In this document: in pieces, positions 39,565 to 49,742 of the stretch
Position numbering within the stretch: the stretch's first letter is position 1
Layout: the number at the start of each line of letters is the position of its first letter
Source: Bacillota bacterium
GTDB lineage: Bacteria; Bacillota; Clostridia; Lachnospirales; Lachnospiraceae
NCBI GenBank assembly: GCA_023435895.1
Contig: JAEZLH010000021.1
Location: forward strand, 13,997 to 77,996
Length of the DNA stretch: 64,000 nt
Reading direction: 5' to 3'
The notes under the pieces: model-generated
What the model saw: the letters and a program-made list of their open reading frames with translations, nothing else
The model's database searches: none
What the model was told of the DNA's origin: nothing
Position numbers and translations under genes: made by a program

Positions 39565-40848
39565 TTACATATTGAGTATAACAAGAAAGGTGGCCCCACC
39601 CCCGGGAGTATCTACTACTTCAATGGTGCCATGATGAAGCTTTACGATTTCTCCTGCAATGCATAGACCCAGTCCGAAATGTTCCTTACTCTTATGAGAA
39701 CTATCAATTCGATAAAAACGTTCGAATATTTGAGCTTTGTTTTCATCAGGAATACCCATTCCATTATCGGCTACGGATAAAATACATTTACGACCTTTCA
39801 ATTTACTGGACAGGGTAATGCTTCCTCCCTCCGGGGTATAACTGATTGCATTGTTAAGTAGGATAAATAGAACCTGTTCCATTCGTTGACGGTCACAATA
39901 CGCAGTAAGCTTTCTAGCTGCATCTGTTTTAAGATGAAGGCTCAAATTTTTCTGCCTTGCAAGTTCTTGGTAGGAATCATATACGTCGGATAGCAGCTGA
40001 TTTATATCCACAGCTGTTTCTAGAAGAGGCCAGGAGTGTTCACCGGTACCGGATAGTAGCAGCATATCGCTGATTAGTCTGGACATACGATCTATTTCTG
40101 ATTGTATAATGGATTCAAATCGTTGAGCTTTCACCGTATCTGCCTTTTTCATAGCGGATAGACTGGTTCGAATAACGGTCAAGGGGGAGCGAAGCTCATG
40201 GGAGGCAGCAGCAATAAACCGTTCCTGTTTTGCCTGTCCTTCTTCAACCGGACGTATGGTCTTGCGTGTGAAAAAGTAGGAGAATATAAAGAGGGACAGG
40301 ATGGCTAATACACTCACCCCGATGTATATCAATCTCTGTATTAAGATGCTGTGATGAAAAGGTGCCAGCGAATACACGATAGTAGAACTGATTGCACCAT
40401 GTTCCTTCGGGATATATACCGAGGAAGCATAATATTCCAAACCCTTATGATGAAAGGAAAATTCAATATGTTTAGGCAAGACTTGGGAAGGCTTATGGTC
40501 ATTAGGGTCAAAATTATATTTTTCTGCAGCCACCTTGTTTGCCATTGTTATTAAAATACTACTGTTTGGTTCATCACTTTCTGACAATCTAATAGGATTA
40601 CCGTTATCTATAATAGAAAGAAGATACAGTCCATTCTTTTGGGTATTACGAACCCAGTCCAGAGTAATTGTCTTTTCAATTTCAAGATGGGAATAGATGC
40701 TATTTACATAGTTTGAAAAAGAGGCATATTCCTTTTGCCTAAGACTTGCCTCAGAAATGAAAAGACTGAATATCATCATGAGAATTACGATAATACTAGT
40801 AATCACGGTACAAATCGCAGTCAATTTCCAGTGCAATTTTTTAAGCAT
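39565..40848 (-). CDS. Sensor histidine kinase (module 2)
   Basis: SHELRSPL, LLNNA, DNGMG, FERFYR, HFGLGL; overlaps the response-regulator stop. Confidence 0.92.
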   Translation of the reverse strand: MLKKLHWKLTAICTVITSIIVILMMIFSLFISEASLRQKEYASFSNYVNSIYSHLEIEKTITLDWVRNTQKNGLYLLSIIDNGNPIRLSESDEPNSSILITMANKVAAEKYNFDPNDHKPSQVLPKHIEFSFHHKGLEYYASSVYIPKEHGAISSTIVYSLAPFHHSILIQRLIYIGVSVLAILSLFIFSYFFTRKTIRPVEEGQAKQERFIAAASHELRSPLTVIRTSLSAMKKADTVKAQRFESIIQSEIDRMSRLISDMLLLSGTGEHSWPLLETAVDINQLLSDVYDSYQELARQKNLSLHLKTDAARKLTAYCDRQRMEQVLFILLNNAISYTPEGGSITLSSKLKGRKCILSVADNGMGIPDENKAQIFERFYRIDSSHKSKEHFGLGLCIAGEIVKLHHGTIEVVDTPGGGATFLVILNM

Positions 40849-41521
40849 GTCTATCCTCCAATAAATATCCAACGCCTCGAACTGTTTTGATCGAAAGGGA
40901 GCTTTGAAGTGAGGAAAGGCGTTTCCTTAAAAAATAAATGAAATTATCAAGATTTCCATCTTCAATTTCAGCATCTGGTCCCCACACTCTGGATAGTATA
41001 ATGCTTCTGGAAAGAATGATACCGGGATTTTTTAAAAAAAGTTCCAACAAATCCCCTTCCCTTTTGGAAAGTATATAAGAATTTCCATTATGGAGCATAG
41101 TTTTCTCCATGGAGTGATAGGAGATATCCCCATATTCTAAGCTTCGCTGATCCTGAAGCTGTTTTGGTCTGCGGCTGATGCTTCGAATTCTTGCCATTAA
41201 TTCACCAGTGTGAAAGGGTTTGACAATATAATCATCTGCACCGGTATCCAGACCTTTTATCTTGTCACCGGCTTCCCCAAGTGCTGTGACCAATATGACG
41301 GAGACAGAAATTCCTTCTCCGCGAATTATCTCTAGTATTTTAAGCCCGGATAAAGTTGGGAGCATTTGATCCAATAATATTAAATCATAAGCCTTTTCAC
41401 GGATATAATAAAGGCTGTCCCCTCCATCGTGGCATACATCCACCGAAAAACCTTCGCACTCCAGTTCAAAACTCAGAATTTCGCTGAGCTCCAAATCATC
41501 TTCCACAAGCAATATTCTCAT
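40841..41521 (-). CDS. OmpR/PhoB-family response regulator (module 2)
   Basis: VEDD, LDQMLP, GADDYIVKPF, TVRGVGY. Confidence 0.95.
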   Translation of the reverse strand: MRILLVEDDLELSEILSFELECEGFSVDVCHDGGDSLYYIREKAYDLILLDQMLPTLSGLKILEIIRGEGISVSVILVTALGEAGDKIKGLDTGADDYIVKPFHTGELMARIRSISRRPKQLQDQRSLEYGDISYHSMEKTMLHNGNSYILSKREGDLLELFLKNPGIILSRSIILSRVWGPDAEIEDGNLDNFIYFLRKRLSSLQSSLSIKTVRGVGYLLEDRHA

Positions 41522-41731
41522 TTTCCCTTGGCCTTTCTTTTTTTATATATTAGTACAGGAGTAAAACCCTTATAGCAGAGATCATCGGCAATTTACATAA
41601 AGAAAAAGAAGGAATGTAACTATGATAATGTATCAGGTAAATAGAATAGTTATACATTTTCATCGAAGCCGGTGTGTTTCAACAAATTGTTATTGTCAAT
41701 GTATAGATAGGGTTTTATCAACCTAATCAAT

Positions 41732-41805
41732 ATTATAACACAGTAAACTCTATTGAATCTCTAAAAATAGATGGAAATTAGAGTTAGCTTAGAGGGTGAT
41801 TAGAG
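41732..41805. promoter_or_regulatory. Divergent promoter with 11-bp-period TTAGAG repeats
   Basis: TTAGAG at 41778, 41789, 41800; CTCTAT 41748 / CTCTAA 41759; minus-strand TGTTATAAT at 41732-41740. Confidence 0.75.
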
Positions 41806-41857
41806 AGAACCATGATATCCTTGTGTTAACAACAAAGATCAGTAAGGAGTGAAAGCA

Positions 41858-44149
41858 ATGAAAAAGAGTGTAAGAGCATTTACAATACTACTGCTCCTAT
41901 TCGTAGTAGTGCTGTCCGGTTGTTCGGATAAGAGTGATAAGGGCGGCAAGAAGGAGACAGACCAAAATGCAGGGAAGGGAAGATATGTGGAAGAAACAGT
42001 GGCATTCCCTGAGAATTTGAAGAGTGTGTTTTCTATGAAAAAGCTGGAGGATGGTTCATTACTACTGACTGCAGATACTAAAGAGGATGCACTTGTAGTG
42101 TTTACATCAATCGATGAAGGCAAGAGCTGGATAAAGTCAGACAGGATAAAAGCCTCTCTGATTCCAAAGGGTAATCGGGTTGTATCTGCTACTGCGGATT
42201 CTAAGGGAAAGCTTTATATTGCTTATGCGAAACCCATGGACAAGGATCAGCTTTCTAGTATTACCAGCTTTACCGGTGACATTGCATATTGCACCATTGA
42301 TAGTAAAGGCAATCAGAAGGAACTGAAATTAAAGCTACCTAAATTTGAGAAAGAGGATAATTTTGCAGTTGGCTTAAATCATCTTGATATGAATGAAAAG
42401 GGCAGTTTGTTTGGCAGTGCAGACGGTAAGATCTATCAGCTAGATGCCGAAAGCGGTGAACTTCAAAAAACCTATTCCTCCCAGGGCTCAGATCAGTTTT
42501 TTGCCATATGGGATAAACTGATCATAATCCGAGGCGATAAGATTGAGCAATACGCTTTGGATGGTACGAAGTTAGAGAACTTGGATATCCTGAAAGATTA
42601 TATTGGGATTAAAGGAGATGCCGGTGTTTACAGTATGATCAATGAGGGAAGCAAGGAGAATGAAATATATTTTTGCAATAAGGACGGTGTTTTTCGATAT
42701 ACCTTTGGCGGAAACATAGTAGAGCAGTTGGTAGATGGTTCTTTAAGTAGTCTGGGAGCTGCGAATATTTCTTATCTTGCATTGATTCAGAAGAAGGATG
42801 GTAATTTCCAAATACTTTATGATGACTATAGTAACAAAAAATTCACATTAGTTGACTATGCGTATAATGCAGAGATACCTTCTCTGCCCACCGATGAACT
42901 TCGGGTTTACTCCTTGAGAGAGAGTGATACCATTCAAAACATGATTACCGCTTTTCAAAAAGAAAATTCGAATATTCATGTCATTTATGAAACAGGGATA
43001 AGCGGAGATAATGCAGTTAGTGAAAGTGATGCCATCAAGACCCTTAATACAGAAATGTTAGCTGGAACCGGGCCGGATATACTGGCGCTGGATCATCTTC
43101 CAGTGGACTCTTATATGGAGAAAGGCATGCTCTATGATATGTCCAAACTATTTAAATCCATCGAAGAGAAAAATCAGTTATACACTAATGTTGTAGAGGC
43201 TTATAAATTGAAAGGAAAGCTTTATGCAACACCAATCCGCTTTAAAATTCCTTTGCTTGCAGGAAATAAAACTACGGCGGACAAAGTTACGGATATGGAA
43301 TCCATGGCGCTTACAGCACAGTCTTTTGTTAGTGAAAATCCGAAGGGTAATTATCTCTATGTTGATTTTGAAGATGTGTTGTTCCAAAAATTATTCTCTG
43401 TATACTATAAGAACTGTTTTAAAGAGGACGGTTCAATTCAGGAAGAGAATCTGAAGGCATTTCTGAGCAATTTTAAAATTGTATTTGATGCAGCAATCAA
43501 AAATAAATCAAAGAGTGAAATGAATGGTTTTAAATTAAAGAGGGAAGTTAGTGAGAAGGCATATCCTACCATGGATTTTCAAGATGTCTATGAGAATATC
43601 TTCTTTAATACCAGTGGTATAAAAGAGGGGAGTACGGCTCTATCAATCGGTATGTTGTCTGATGCCAAAACCTTCAGTGATTTAATCTATATACGAGACG
43701 ATCAATCAGATTACTTAGGAAAATTGTTAAATAGTGAAACTGCTTACTTTAAGCCGATGTCTGCTGTAGGCATCAATTCCAAGAGCAAGAATGCAGAGAA
43801 TGCTAAGAAATTTATTGAGTTCCTCTATACAGAGAAGGCTCAGGAAATCGAATGCTACAATGGGTTTCCGGTAAGCAAAACGGTATTTCTTAAAAATGAA
43901 GAGGAACCCTCTGCGGAGACCATGGCGGAATTTAATATGGGAAGCTCAACACCTTATAAATGGGCTTCAAAGAGTGAGTTCGAAGAATTGAATCATATGG
44001 TAGAAACCTTAGAGGCTCCTTGCTATACGAATCGAATCGTTGCCGATATGATATATAAAAATGCGGAAAAATACTTTGAGGGGAAAGATACCATTGAGCA
44101 GGCCATGGAACTGGTTAAGCAGAAATTGAATTTATATCTTTCGGAATAA
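41858..44149 (+). CDS. Large lipoprotein with C-terminal solute-binding domain (module 2)
   Basis: Lipobox LSGC, GRYVE, LNTEMLAGTGPDILALDHLPVDSYMEKG, ends LYLSE; paralog of 20442-22664. Confidence 0.8.
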   Translation: MKKSVRAFTILLLLFVVVLSGCSDKSDKGGKKETDQNAGKGRYVEETVAFPENLKSVFSMKKLEDGSLLLTADTKEDALVVFTSIDEGKSWIKSDRIKASLIPKGNRVVSATADSKGKLYIAYAKPMDKDQLSSITSFTGDIAYCTIDSKGNQKELKLKLPKFEKEDNFAVGLNHLDMNEKGSLFGSADGKIYQLDAESGELQKTYSSQGSDQFFAIWDKLIIIRGDKIEQYALDGTKLENLDILKDYIGIKGDAGVYSMINEGSKENEIYFCNKDGVFRYTFGGNIVEQLVDGSLSSLGAANISYLALIQKKDGNFQILYDDYSNKKFTLVDYAYNAEIPSLPTDELRVYSLRESDTIQNMITAFQKENSNIHVIYETGISGDNAVSESDAIKTLNTEMLAGTGPDILALDHLPVDSYMEKGMLYDMSKLFKSIEEKNQLYTNVVEAYKLKGKLYATPIRFKIPLLAGNKTTADKVTDMESMALTAQSFVSENPKGNYLYVDFEDVLFQKLFSVYYKNCFKEDGSIQEENLKAFLSNFKIVFDAAIKNKSKSEMNGFKLKREVSEKAYPTMDFQDVYENIFFNTSGIKEGSTALSIGMLSDAKTFSDLIYIRDDQSDYLGKLLNSETAYFKPMSAVGINSKSKNAENAKKFIEFLYTEKAQEIECYNGFPVSKTVFLKNEEEPSAETMAEFNMGSSTPYKWASKSEFEELNHMVETLEAPCYTNRIVADMIYKNAEKYFEGKDTIEQAMELVKQKLNLYLSE

Positions 44150-44195
44150 GTTAAATTTACGATGGAGTCCACAACTTCCAATTATTTAGGAAAGA

Positions 44196-44258
44196 ACAAA
44201 GATACAGGGAAGAGCGAAACGAAAGGAAATCTTATACTCGCAAAGGCTGTATCTTTGT
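44196..44258 (+). other. Intercistronic stem-loop after the lipoprotein gene
   Basis: 12-bp inverted repeat ACAAAGATACAG / CTGTATCTTTGT. Confidence 0.5.
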
Positions 44259-44299
44259 AATTCTTTTCATAACGATATGCGCAGAAAGTTTGTGCAGGA

Positions 44300-45169
44300 A
44301 TGAGGGAAGAAATGAAAAGAAAGAAAAACAACATGTCATATATGCTATTTCTTTTACCAAGTTTGATTGGAGTCGGTATTTTGATCGTTATCCCTTTTGG
44401 TGATGTAGTTCGAAGATCTTTTTATAACGCGATGGCAAATCAATTTGTTGGTGTGGAAAACTATACTGATGTAATAAAAAATAGTGCCTTTCGGGTTGCT
44501 ATATGGAATACAGTTCGATTTGCTCTTACGGCCATTCCTTTACTATTAATAATCTCATTCCTAATTTCTCTATTAATAAAATCAGGAATGAGCAAAAATA
44601 AATTATTTAAAAGCTTTTTTCTGCTACCGTTGGCAGTACCCACTGCCTCCATTGTTTTAATCTGGAAGGTTATGTTTCATAATCATGGTATCCTAAACGG
44701 GATTTTGGTACAACAAGGAATAGGGGAAAAATCATGGATGGAATCCGGAATGGCATTTATCATTTTGGTAGGCTTTTATATCTGGAAAAATATTGGATAC
44801 CATATCATTCTGTGGCTGGCAGCATTAAGCTCGGTACCTACTGAAATCTATGAGGCAGCAGCAGTGGATGGCGCAGGAGCCTTTACAAAGTTGGTAAGGA
44901 TTACAATTCCTTGCCTTAGAACAACAATTGGTACCATTCTGGTTCTTGCAATGTTAAATTCCTTTAAAGTATTCAGGGAGGCGTATTTAGTGGCAGGGAA
45001 TTACCCGGATCATTCCATTTATCTGGTTCAACATGTGTTTAACAACTGGTTCTTAAACCTGTCACTGGATAAACTTGCAGCAGGTGCCGTGATCTTTGGG
45101 GTTATGATTTATCTTTTCGTCGCTTTTCTTCAAAAGCAATGGAGTGACAGGGGGGATTTGGCATCATGA
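44300..45169 (+). CDS. Sugar-type ABC permease (MalF-like, module 2)
   Basis: YEAAAVDGA, WKNIGY, FKVFREAY. Confidence 0.9.
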   Translation: MREEMKRKKNNMSYMLFLLPSLIGVGILIVIPFGDVVRRSFYNAMANQFVGVENYTDVIKNSAFRVAIWNTVRFALTAIPLLLIISFLISLLIKSGMSKNKLFKSFFLLPLAVPTASIVLIWKVMFHNHGILNGILVQQGIGEKSWMESGMAFIILVGFYIWKNIGYHIILWLAALSSVPTEIYEAAAVDGAGAFTKLVRITIPCLRTTIGTILVLAMLNSFKVFREAYLVAGNYPDHSIYLVQHVFNNWFLNLSLDKLAAGAVIFGVMIYLFVAFLQKQWSDRGDLAS

Positions 45170-46008
45170 AGAAAGAAATGATAGCAAAGACATTTGTAAT
45201 CTTAGTTGGGTGTGTGTTGATGCTTCCTGTTTTTTGTCTGTTTAGTGGTTCTTTTTTTGGTAGTTGGGAGCTTGCTTATCATTTGTCCGCAGTACTTGAT
45301 AACAAGGACGGCTATGCCAATTGGAGTTTGTTACCACAGTATCCTTCCATAACATCATATAAGAAGTTACTGTTAGAAACACCCGAGTTTTATGCAATGT
45401 TCTGGAATTCGATTAAGATAACCGGTGGGATATTGCTTGGACAATTTATCATTGCCGTTCCCGCAGCCTGGGGCTTCTCAAGAATGAAGGGAAAGCTGAA
45501 AAATATACTTTTTCAGATATATATTATTCTAATGCTGATGCCGTTTCAAGTGACGATGCTTTCTAATTATCTGACTCTGAATAAAGTGAATTTAATTGAT
45601 ACACAGTGGTCGGTAATTTTGCCAGTTGCATTTTCTACCTTTCCGGTATTTATCATCTATCGTTTCTTTTGTAATATTCCGAACACGGTGATAGAGGCAG
45701 CAGAAATGGATGGAGCAGGAAAGTTCCTGGTATTCATAGCAATTGGAGTACCAATGGGATCATCAGGAATTGCTTCCGCATTAATTCTCGGATTTTTTGA
45801 AGCTTGGAATCTTGTAGAGCAGCCATTGGTTTTTCTTAAGAATCAATCCTTGTGGCCGTTATCTATTTATCTACCCAATATAGGTCTTGATATGGCAGGT
45901 GCTGCATTTGCTGCGTCTATCATTACACTAATCCCAGCAGTTCTTGTATTTTTACGCGGTCAGGATTATCTTGAGCAGGGAATTGCCGTTACTACAATGA
46001 AAGGATAG
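45166..46008 (+). CDS. Sugar-type ABC permease (MalG-like, module 2)
   Basis: IEAAEMDGA, WNLVEQP; ATGA overlap. Confidence 0.9.
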   Translation: MKKEMIAKTFVILVGCVLMLPVFCLFSGSFFGSWELAYHLSAVLDNKDGYANWSLLPQYPSITSYKKLLLETPEFYAMFWNSIKITGGILLGQFIIAVPAAWGFSRMKGKLKNILFQIYIILMLMPFQVTMLSNYLTLNKVNLIDTQWSVILPVAFSTFPVFIIYRFFCNIPNTVIEAAEMDGAGKFLVFIAIGVPMGSSGIASALILGFFEAWNLVEQPLVFLKNQSLWPLSIYLPNIGLDMAGAAFAASIITLIPAVLVFLRGQDYLEQGIAVTTMKG

Positions 46009-46016
46009 GTTATTGT

Positions 46017-48065
46017 ATGAAATTAAAGGAAGGTCTAAATAAAATAATTACATACGTGAAGTTTTGGAGAGCGCTAATTGCATTTCTGCTTATTATGGTA
46101 ATCTTGACGATTGTTTCTCGTGTAAATGATTTAAAGTTAATGCCTCAAATAACGGCAGATACCCCTCAATCAATGGCGATTGATCATACAGTTTTAATCA
46201 ATGGAACAATTTCAAATAATCATAAATTGGCAGTATTTGTACCAATGAATTTGAAAATTTCATCCGTAAATATCTCGGAAGGGATGTATGTGAAAAAAGG
46301 GGATGAGTTATTTCGCATTGATAAAAAGGATTTGGAGGAAAAAATCGCTACAGCGGCTAGTAATGCCAGAAAGCAGGAACTTCAGATAGAGGATAAACAG
46401 AACTCAAATTCTATACAGAAAGAAACGAATGAAATTGCAGTTGATAAAGCAAAGGACGATTATGAATATTCTAAGAATAAAGGTATCTTAACGTTAGCAC
46501 AGCTGAATAATGAGCTGAACAATTTGAAAAATCAATTGACAACATATGAAATGAAACCATTAAGTATGAGGGATAGTACACTTCTTGCAACTTTAAAGAA
46601 AAACTATGAGGACAGAAAGCAGGATTATAACAATACAATCACATCTAAGGCGGAGGCAGTTGCAACGGCCCGGAGAAATCTGGAGGATGCACAGGAACCT
46701 ACTGTTACAGATGATAATATTGATTTACTTAAAGAGCAGTTAAACGATGTTAATGAGGAGATCAATACATTAAAGGCAATTCTACAGGATGGTTGCAATG
46801 TGAGGGTAGATAGGGAAGGGATTATTAAGGTGGTTAACCTAACTCCAGGGAATACTACTAGCAGTGCCATGGCTTTTTTACTTGATGATACCAACAGCCA
46901 GATTCAAATTGCGATTTTTCCGGAAGAAAACCTTAAAGTAGATTCCGTTTTTGTAAAACAGGATGATCATGTAATGACAAATGATATATTATATCGATTT
47001 AATAAGCAGAGTATGGACAGCCGAATCAAGGATTTGCAAAATGATGCAAATCAGCTAAACACAAAAATCACAAGCGGAACACTATCCGCAGCCAATCAAA
47101 AACATCTGGAGGAACGTATTTTAAAAAGAGCCCAGGAGGATTATGATAGAACACTTGCTGAGTGGCAGAGTAAGGAGAATGAAGCAGCCAGAGTGAGTCA
47201 GTCGGCTAAGAAGGAATATGAAACCTACAGAGATCATCCAATGGAGACAGATGTCATGAAACAGGCATATTATAATCTGAAAAGGGAGTATGATACGAAG
47301 AAGTCTGCGTATGCATCAGCTAATCTTGATGGAAATAATGCCACGAATACAGCGAAAAATAATTTGGACACTGCACAAAATGCAACAATAATGGATCAAA
47401 ATGCGGTGGCGGTAATGCAAGAAGATTTAAGCCTGTTAGAAAAACAAGTGGACACATTGGAGGAAATCAAAGCGGAAGGTGGAATTATACGTGCCAAAAG
47501 TGATGGAATGATTTTGACCTTAAGCGTGACAGCGGGTTCCGTTACGGGGGAAAGTGCGGCTGTTTTGATTTCAGATCAATTAAATGGCTATCAGTTTAGC
47601 GGACTGCTACCAGTCGACCAAAGCAAGTATGTAAATACTGGCGACGATGCGAAGATAATGATCTATCGTGGTAATATCAACATGGAAGATTTGACGATAA
47701 CTTCTGTTCAAAGAATGTCTGATAATCCGGATAACTATTCTGTTATGGTTCAAATACCAAAGAAGGACCAAGAAATTGAAGGAAATGCTTCTTTGTCCGT
47801 TGTGAAACAATCTGAGAATTATCCAAATTGCCTTCCAAAAGATGCAATTCACTCAGAAGGTTCAAAAATCTATGTTTACCTTTTGGTAGAAAAGAATACG
47901 GTTCTTGGGATTCAATCTATAGCTGATAAAATGGAAGTAACTATCGTTGATCAAAATGAAAATTATGTAGCGGTAGATGGAGAATTCCCCATTGATGCAA
48001 AGGTAATCGTAAGTACCAACAAGGGGTTAAAGGATGGAGTAAGAGTAAGAAGTATAGAAAAGTAA
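46017..48065 (+). CDS. Membrane-fusion adaptor protein with internally duplicated lipoyl-coiled-coil unit (module 2)
   Basis: EGMYVKKGDELF / QDDHVMTNDILY; VRVDREGII / IRAKSDGMI; LPKDAIH; LKDGVRVR. Confidence 0.75.
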   Translation: MKLKEGLNKIITYVKFWRALIAFLLIMVILTIVSRVNDLKLMPQITADTPQSMAIDHTVLINGTISNNHKLAVFVPMNLKISSVNISEGMYVKKGDELFRIDKKDLEEKIATAASNARKQELQIEDKQNSNSIQKETNEIAVDKAKDDYEYSKNKGILTLAQLNNELNNLKNQLTTYEMKPLSMRDSTLLATLKKNYEDRKQDYNNTITSKAEAVATARRNLEDAQEPTVTDDNIDLLKEQLNDVNEEINTLKAILQDGCNVRVDREGIIKVVNLTPGNTTSSAMAFLLDDTNSQIQIAIFPEENLKVDSVFVKQDDHVMTNDILYRFNKQSMDSRIKDLQNDANQLNTKITSGTLSAANQKHLEERILKRAQEDYDRTLAEWQSKENEAARVSQSAKKEYETYRDHPMETDVMKQAYYNLKREYDTKKSAYASANLDGNNATNTAKNNLDTAQNATIMDQNAVAVMQEDLSLLEKQVDTLEEIKAEGGIIRAKSDGMILTLSVTAGSVTGESAAVLISDQLNGYQFSGLLPVDQSKYVNTGDDAKIMIYRGNINMEDLTITSVQRMSDNPDNYSVMVQIPKKDQEIEGNASLSVVKQSENYPNCLPKDAIHSEGSKIYVYLLVEKNTVLGIQSIADKMEVTIVDQNENYVAVDGEFPIDAKVIVSTNKGLKDGVRVRSIEK

Positions 48066-48142
48066 TAATGTATAAGCTAAGTATGGATTGGCTGTTTTTA
48101 AGTGTAATTATAAAGGAACCTCAATTATAACGAGGGATTAAG

Positions 48143-48183
48143 AAAGTGCTGCAATCGAAGTCAAAGATTACAGTACTTTTTTT
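48143..48183 (+). terminator. Putative intrinsic terminator closing module 2
   Basis: AAAGTGCTGCAATC...GATTACAGTACTTT plus T-run. Confidence 0.55.
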
Positions 48184-48372
48184 GTTGTTTTCATGGATTA
48201 AACAGCCCATTTTTTGACTTTAAATCGGTAGAGTAAAATTAGATTTTTCACGAATATAGTATTGTAACTTTCATGCAAAATCTGATATACTTAAGAAAAA
48301 TATGTAAGAAAAAGTCGAGGTAACAATTCGTTTAACCAGGAATCACAGCATAGAAAAAATAAGGGGGTTCTT

Positions 48373-49269
48373 ATGGATGTATTAGAAGAAATACGTAAAC
48401 AACTTATGCCATATGAGAGGCTGTATGACAGTATCAGAATAGTGGATCCTCTCCATAAGAGAGTGATGCAATATACTTCAAATAACGTGGTTTCTAATAA
48501 TATCTGCTATGCAGTATGGGGGAGAAATTCCTTTTGCAAGAATTGCATTAGCATGAGAGCCTATTTGGAGAAGGATACGATTTACAAAATTGAAAGTAAT
48601 TCTAAGGATAAAATTGTTTCAATCATAGCAATACCAATTGTTTTGAATGATATCACCTATGTAGTTGAATTATTGAAAGAGATGGATGATTTAGGAGCAT
48701 TAAAAGAACTTTGCATTAACAATGACAATATAGCTGAAATGATATATGAGATTAATGAAAAGACGATTAAAGATGATATAACAGGGGTTTATAACCGAAA
48801 ATACATAAACGAGAGACTTCCTATCGATATTGCTCTTCATTCGGAATTGAGTCAGTCCATTTCAGTGGTTTTGGCAGACCTTGATTATTTTGAACAAATT
48901 AATAACCAGTATGGTTATGATATTGGAGATTGCATTCTGAATGATGTTGCCAGCGTGATACAACGTAATCTAAATAAAGAATGTGATTGGATTGGAAGAT
49001 ATGGGGGCGATCAATTCATTATTGTTATGAATAATTGTGATTTGGAACACTCTTGTTCCGTAGCAGATCAAATCCGAAAAGAGATAGAAAGTAATGTTTT
49101 TGAATATGATAATCAATCCATGCGAGTTACCGCCAGTTTTGGGGTGGACGAGATGAAAGGAGATATCAGCAATCTCGATTATCATTTGAATAGAATGGGA
49201 GAAAGATTAGACTACTTAAAACAAGAAGGAAGAAATAGGATTTACCAAGGAATCAATAATTACAAATGA
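48373..49269 (+). CDS. GGDEF-domain protein with GGDQF variant and Cys-containing N-terminal sensor
   Basis: DDITGVYNR, DLDYFEQINNQYG, GRYGGDQF; CYAVWGRNSFCKNC. Confidence 0.85.
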   Translation: MDVLEEIRKQLMPYERLYDSIRIVDPLHKRVMQYTSNNVVSNNICYAVWGRNSFCKNCISMRAYLEKDTIYKIESNSKDKIVSIIAIPIVLNDITYVVELLKEMDDLGALKELCINNDNIAEMIYEINEKTIKDDITGVYNRKYINERLPIDIALHSELSQSISVVLADLDYFEQINNQYGYDIGDCILNDVASVIQRNLNKECDWIGRYGGDQFIIVMNNCDLEHSCSVADQIRKEIESNVFEYDNQSMRVTASFGVDEMKGDISNLDYHLNRMGERLDYLKQEGRNRIYQGINNYK

Positions 49270-49270
49270 G

Positions 49271-49543
49271 GTGATGTGTATGGATCGGCTCGAGGTAAGT
49301 GTGATCAAAATTGATAAGCTTGTTACTCAGATTGATGATATCAGAGATATTTTAAATGGAATTTCCGGCGCTTATGATGCGAATAATCAGAACCAGACAG
49401 ATTTAAGGTTGAAGGTCAGTGTATTTCTTGATGAATTAATAGCAGATTATATGACAGAAATAAAAGTGGTGAAGGAACAGATTCTCGAAAATGAGGATAA
49501 ATTAGCAAGATTAAAGATGAAAGTGAATTTAAAAACAGTATAA
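49271..49543 (+). CDS. Small helical protein, Spo0E-like
   Basis: IDDIRDILN...LKVSVFLDELIADYM resembles the Spo0E family SQxLD helix pair. Confidence 0.5.
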   Translation: MMCMDRLEVSVIKIDKLVTQIDDIRDILNGISGAYDANNQNQTDLRLKVSVFLDELIADYMTEIKVVKEQILENEDKLARLKMKVNLKTV

Positions 49544-49742
49544 AATGGAATGTCTTATGCATTTAAGACCAGTATAAAATATAAACTAAGATAAAGATAA
49601 GAGTAAAATATTCAAATGAAAATTTGTATACGCAAAAATCTATAGGCCCGAAAAGCCAAATAACTTATTTATATCATACAAGGTCTGTAACTGTGCTTAA
49701 CATCCAGTGAAAGCGCAGGAACCGTCATAGAAAAGAGGAAGA

